In this document: positions 62,490 to 64,000 of the stretch, piece after piece
Position numbering within the stretch: position 1 is the stretch's first letter
How the letters are laid out: each line of letters opens with the position of its first letter
Assembly: GCA_017610385.1 (NCBI GenBank)
Contig: JAFCCC010000002.1
Coordinates: forward strand, 94,570-158,569
DNA from: Candidatus Nanohalarchaeota archaeon
Lineage (GTDB): Archaea > Nanohalarchaeota > Nanosalinia > Nanosalinales > JAFCCC01
Direction: 5' to 3'
Length of the DNA: 64,000 bases
Translations under genes and position numbers: made by a program
Notes under the pieces: model-generated
Database searches by the model: none
What the model was told of the DNA's origin: nothing
The model's input: only the letters and a program-made list of their open reading frames with translations

Positions 62490-64000
62490 GAAAAATTACA
62501 CAACTAGAATTTGGGCTGGTCAGTCCTGAACGAATAAAACAGCTGGCTGTTAAAGAAATTACTAAAACAGAAGTGTATGATGCAGATGGTTATCCTGTAG
62601 AAGATGGGGTAATGGATCATCACTTGGGAGTCATTGATCCGGGAATGATTTGTGCTACCTGTGGAGGTAGAATGAAGGATTGTAATGGTCATTTTGGATA
62701 TATTGACTTGGCAAAACCAGTAGTTCATGTGTTGTATGTTAAAAAAATTAGAACATTATTGAGATTTACGTGCACTAAATGTCAGGCATTATTAATGAAA
62801 GATGAAAAAGAGGGTTTTAAAAAAGGCAATTTATTAACAAAGTGTCCAAAATGTGGTGCAGAACAAAAACCAATCAAAATGGAAAAACCATATTTTTATT
62901 ATGAAGGGGATACGCTTGTGAGTCCTGAAGAAATGAGACGAAGATTTGAAAATATTCCTGATGAAACTGCTAGAAAACTAGGAATTAGAGGTGGGCGACC
63001 AGAATGGTTAATTTTAACTAGAGTTTTAGTTCCTCCAGTAACAATTAGGCCATCAATCACATTAGAAACAGGCGAAAGAAGTGAAGATGATTTAACACAC
63101 AAATTAGTTGATGTTATTCGAATTAATCAACGTCTAAAAAATAATGTAGAAATAGGCGCTCCAGAATTTATCATAGAAGATTTATGGGAGCTTTTACAAT
63201 ATCACGTTTCCACTTTTATTAAGAATGATTTAACTGGTGTTCCTCCTGCAAGACACAGATCAGGTAGAGCTCTAAAAAGTCTAATCGAACGATTAGAAGG
63301 AAAAGAAGGACGATTTAGGCAAAATTTGATTGGAAAAAGAGCAAATTTTTCAGCAAGAACAGTTATCTCTCCAGATCCCAATATTGATTTTGATGAGGTT
63401 GGTGTTCCACAAATTATTGCACAAGAAATTACAATTCCCGTTGTCGTAAGAAAAGAAAACATAGAAGAAGCAAAACAATGGATTATAAACGGGGAAAAGT
63501 ATCCGGGATCAAATTATATTATTAAAAAGGATGGTGGAAGAAAAAAGGTTACTGAATTAAACAAAGATATGCTTTTGGAAGAATTAATGCCGGGTTATAA
63601 AGTTGAGCGACATTTAATGGACGGTGACATTGTTTTATTTAACAGGCAACCATCTTTACATAGAATGAGCATAATGGCCCATAGAGTACGTGTTATGCCT
63701 TATAGAACGTTTAGATTAAATTTACTTGCTTGTGCACCATATAATGCGGATTTTGATGGAGATGAAATGAACTTACATGCGCCACAGACGCAAGAAGCGA
63801 TGGTAGAAGCAAGAGAACTTTTGAAGATTACACATCATATAAAAAGTCCTAAATTCGGGGGTCCGATTATTGGCTTCATTCAAGATCATGTTTCAGGACT
63901 TTATTTACTTTCTAAAGATACATTACCAAAGGAAGCTGCATTTAATTTACTAATTCAATCAGGAGCCTATGACATGGAGCTTCCAAAAGGAAATGAAATC
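62486..64000 (+). CDS. rpoA1: DNA-directed RNA polymerase subunit A' (Rpo1N), 3'-partial
   Basis: Not in the ORF track because it runs off the window. Starts MRKITQLEFGLVSPERI. Contains the zinc motif CATCGGRMKDCNGHFGY and the catalytic NADFDGDEMNLH at about 63741-63776. Its ATG overlaps the rpoB' stop. Confidence 0.95.
   Translation, partial: MRKITQLEFGLVSPERIKQLAVKEITKTEVYDADGYPVEDGVMDHHLGVIDPGMICATCGGRMKDCNGHFGYIDLAKPVVHVLYVKKIRTLLRFTCTKCQALLMKDEKEGFKKGNLLTKCPKCGAEQKPIKMEKPYFYYEGDTLVSPEEMRRRFENIPDETARKLGIRGGRPEWLILTRVLVPPVTIRPSITLETGERSEDDLTHKLVDVIRINQRLKNNVEIGAPEFIIEDLWELLQYHVSTFIKNDLTGVPPARHRSGRALKSLIERLEGKEGRFRQNLIGKRANFSARTVISPDPNIDFDEVGVPQIIAQEITIPVVVRKENIEEAKQWIINGEKYPGSNYIIKKDGGRKKVTELNKDMLLEELMPGYKVERHLMDGDIVLFNRQPSLHRMSIMAHRVRVMPYRTFRLNLLACAPYNADFDGDEMNLHAPQTQEAMVEARELLKITHHIKSPKFGGPIIGFIQDHVSGLYLLSKDTLPKEAAFNLLIQSGAYDMELPKGNEI

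Overview
AT-rich archaeal chromosome segment. Archaeal origin is supported by the rpoH, split rpoB''/rpoB', rpoA' operon at the right edge, a stand-alone 5S rRNA, and tRNA genes with multiple introns. Gene content and compactness fit a small-genome DPANN-like archaeon, but that is inference only. All protein calls rest on motifs I recognise in the supplied translations; no database search was possible.

Reading left to right:
- A three-gene block of unknown function: an ORFan, a 678-aa TIM-barrel-like protein and a nucleotidyltransferase.
- A four-gene secreted/surface-protein module: vWA/CARDB and Cys-rich giants that share a C-terminal domain.
- A PIN-ATPase-KH protein.
- Two RelBE-like toxin-antitoxin pairs.
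- iorAB.
- A bacterial-type grpE-dnaK-dnaJ operon.
- hypA with an Mrp/MinD-type ATPase.
- nth and a deaminase.
- A roughly 7.7-kb block carrying a DASS transporter, a Crp-like regulator, a ferredoxin, a two-subunit [NiFe]-hydrogenase, a maturation protease, hypC and an unusual HypC-fusion gene.
- A tRNA-Tyr-adjacent ORFan island.
- A MacB/FtsX-type ABC transporter cluster.
- Thioredoxin.
- A lemA-htpX pair.
- A CPA2 antiporter.
- A P-type ATPase.

The most unusual signals are non-coding:
1. A family of short hairpin modules closed by aagc...gctt. They form back-to-back arrays in four large intergenic regions next to tRNA and 5S genes. They include 84-nt identical blocks, blocks in swapped order, and compensatory stem substitutions.
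2. A roughly 104-nt three-hairpin element present as inverted copies that bracket the hydrogenase block. One copy abuts tRNA-Tyr nucleotide 1.
3. Three of the four tRNA genes carry two introns each, at D-loop, anticodon-loop and T-arm/T-loop positions. One intron contains a hairpin of the same class as the intergenic modules.
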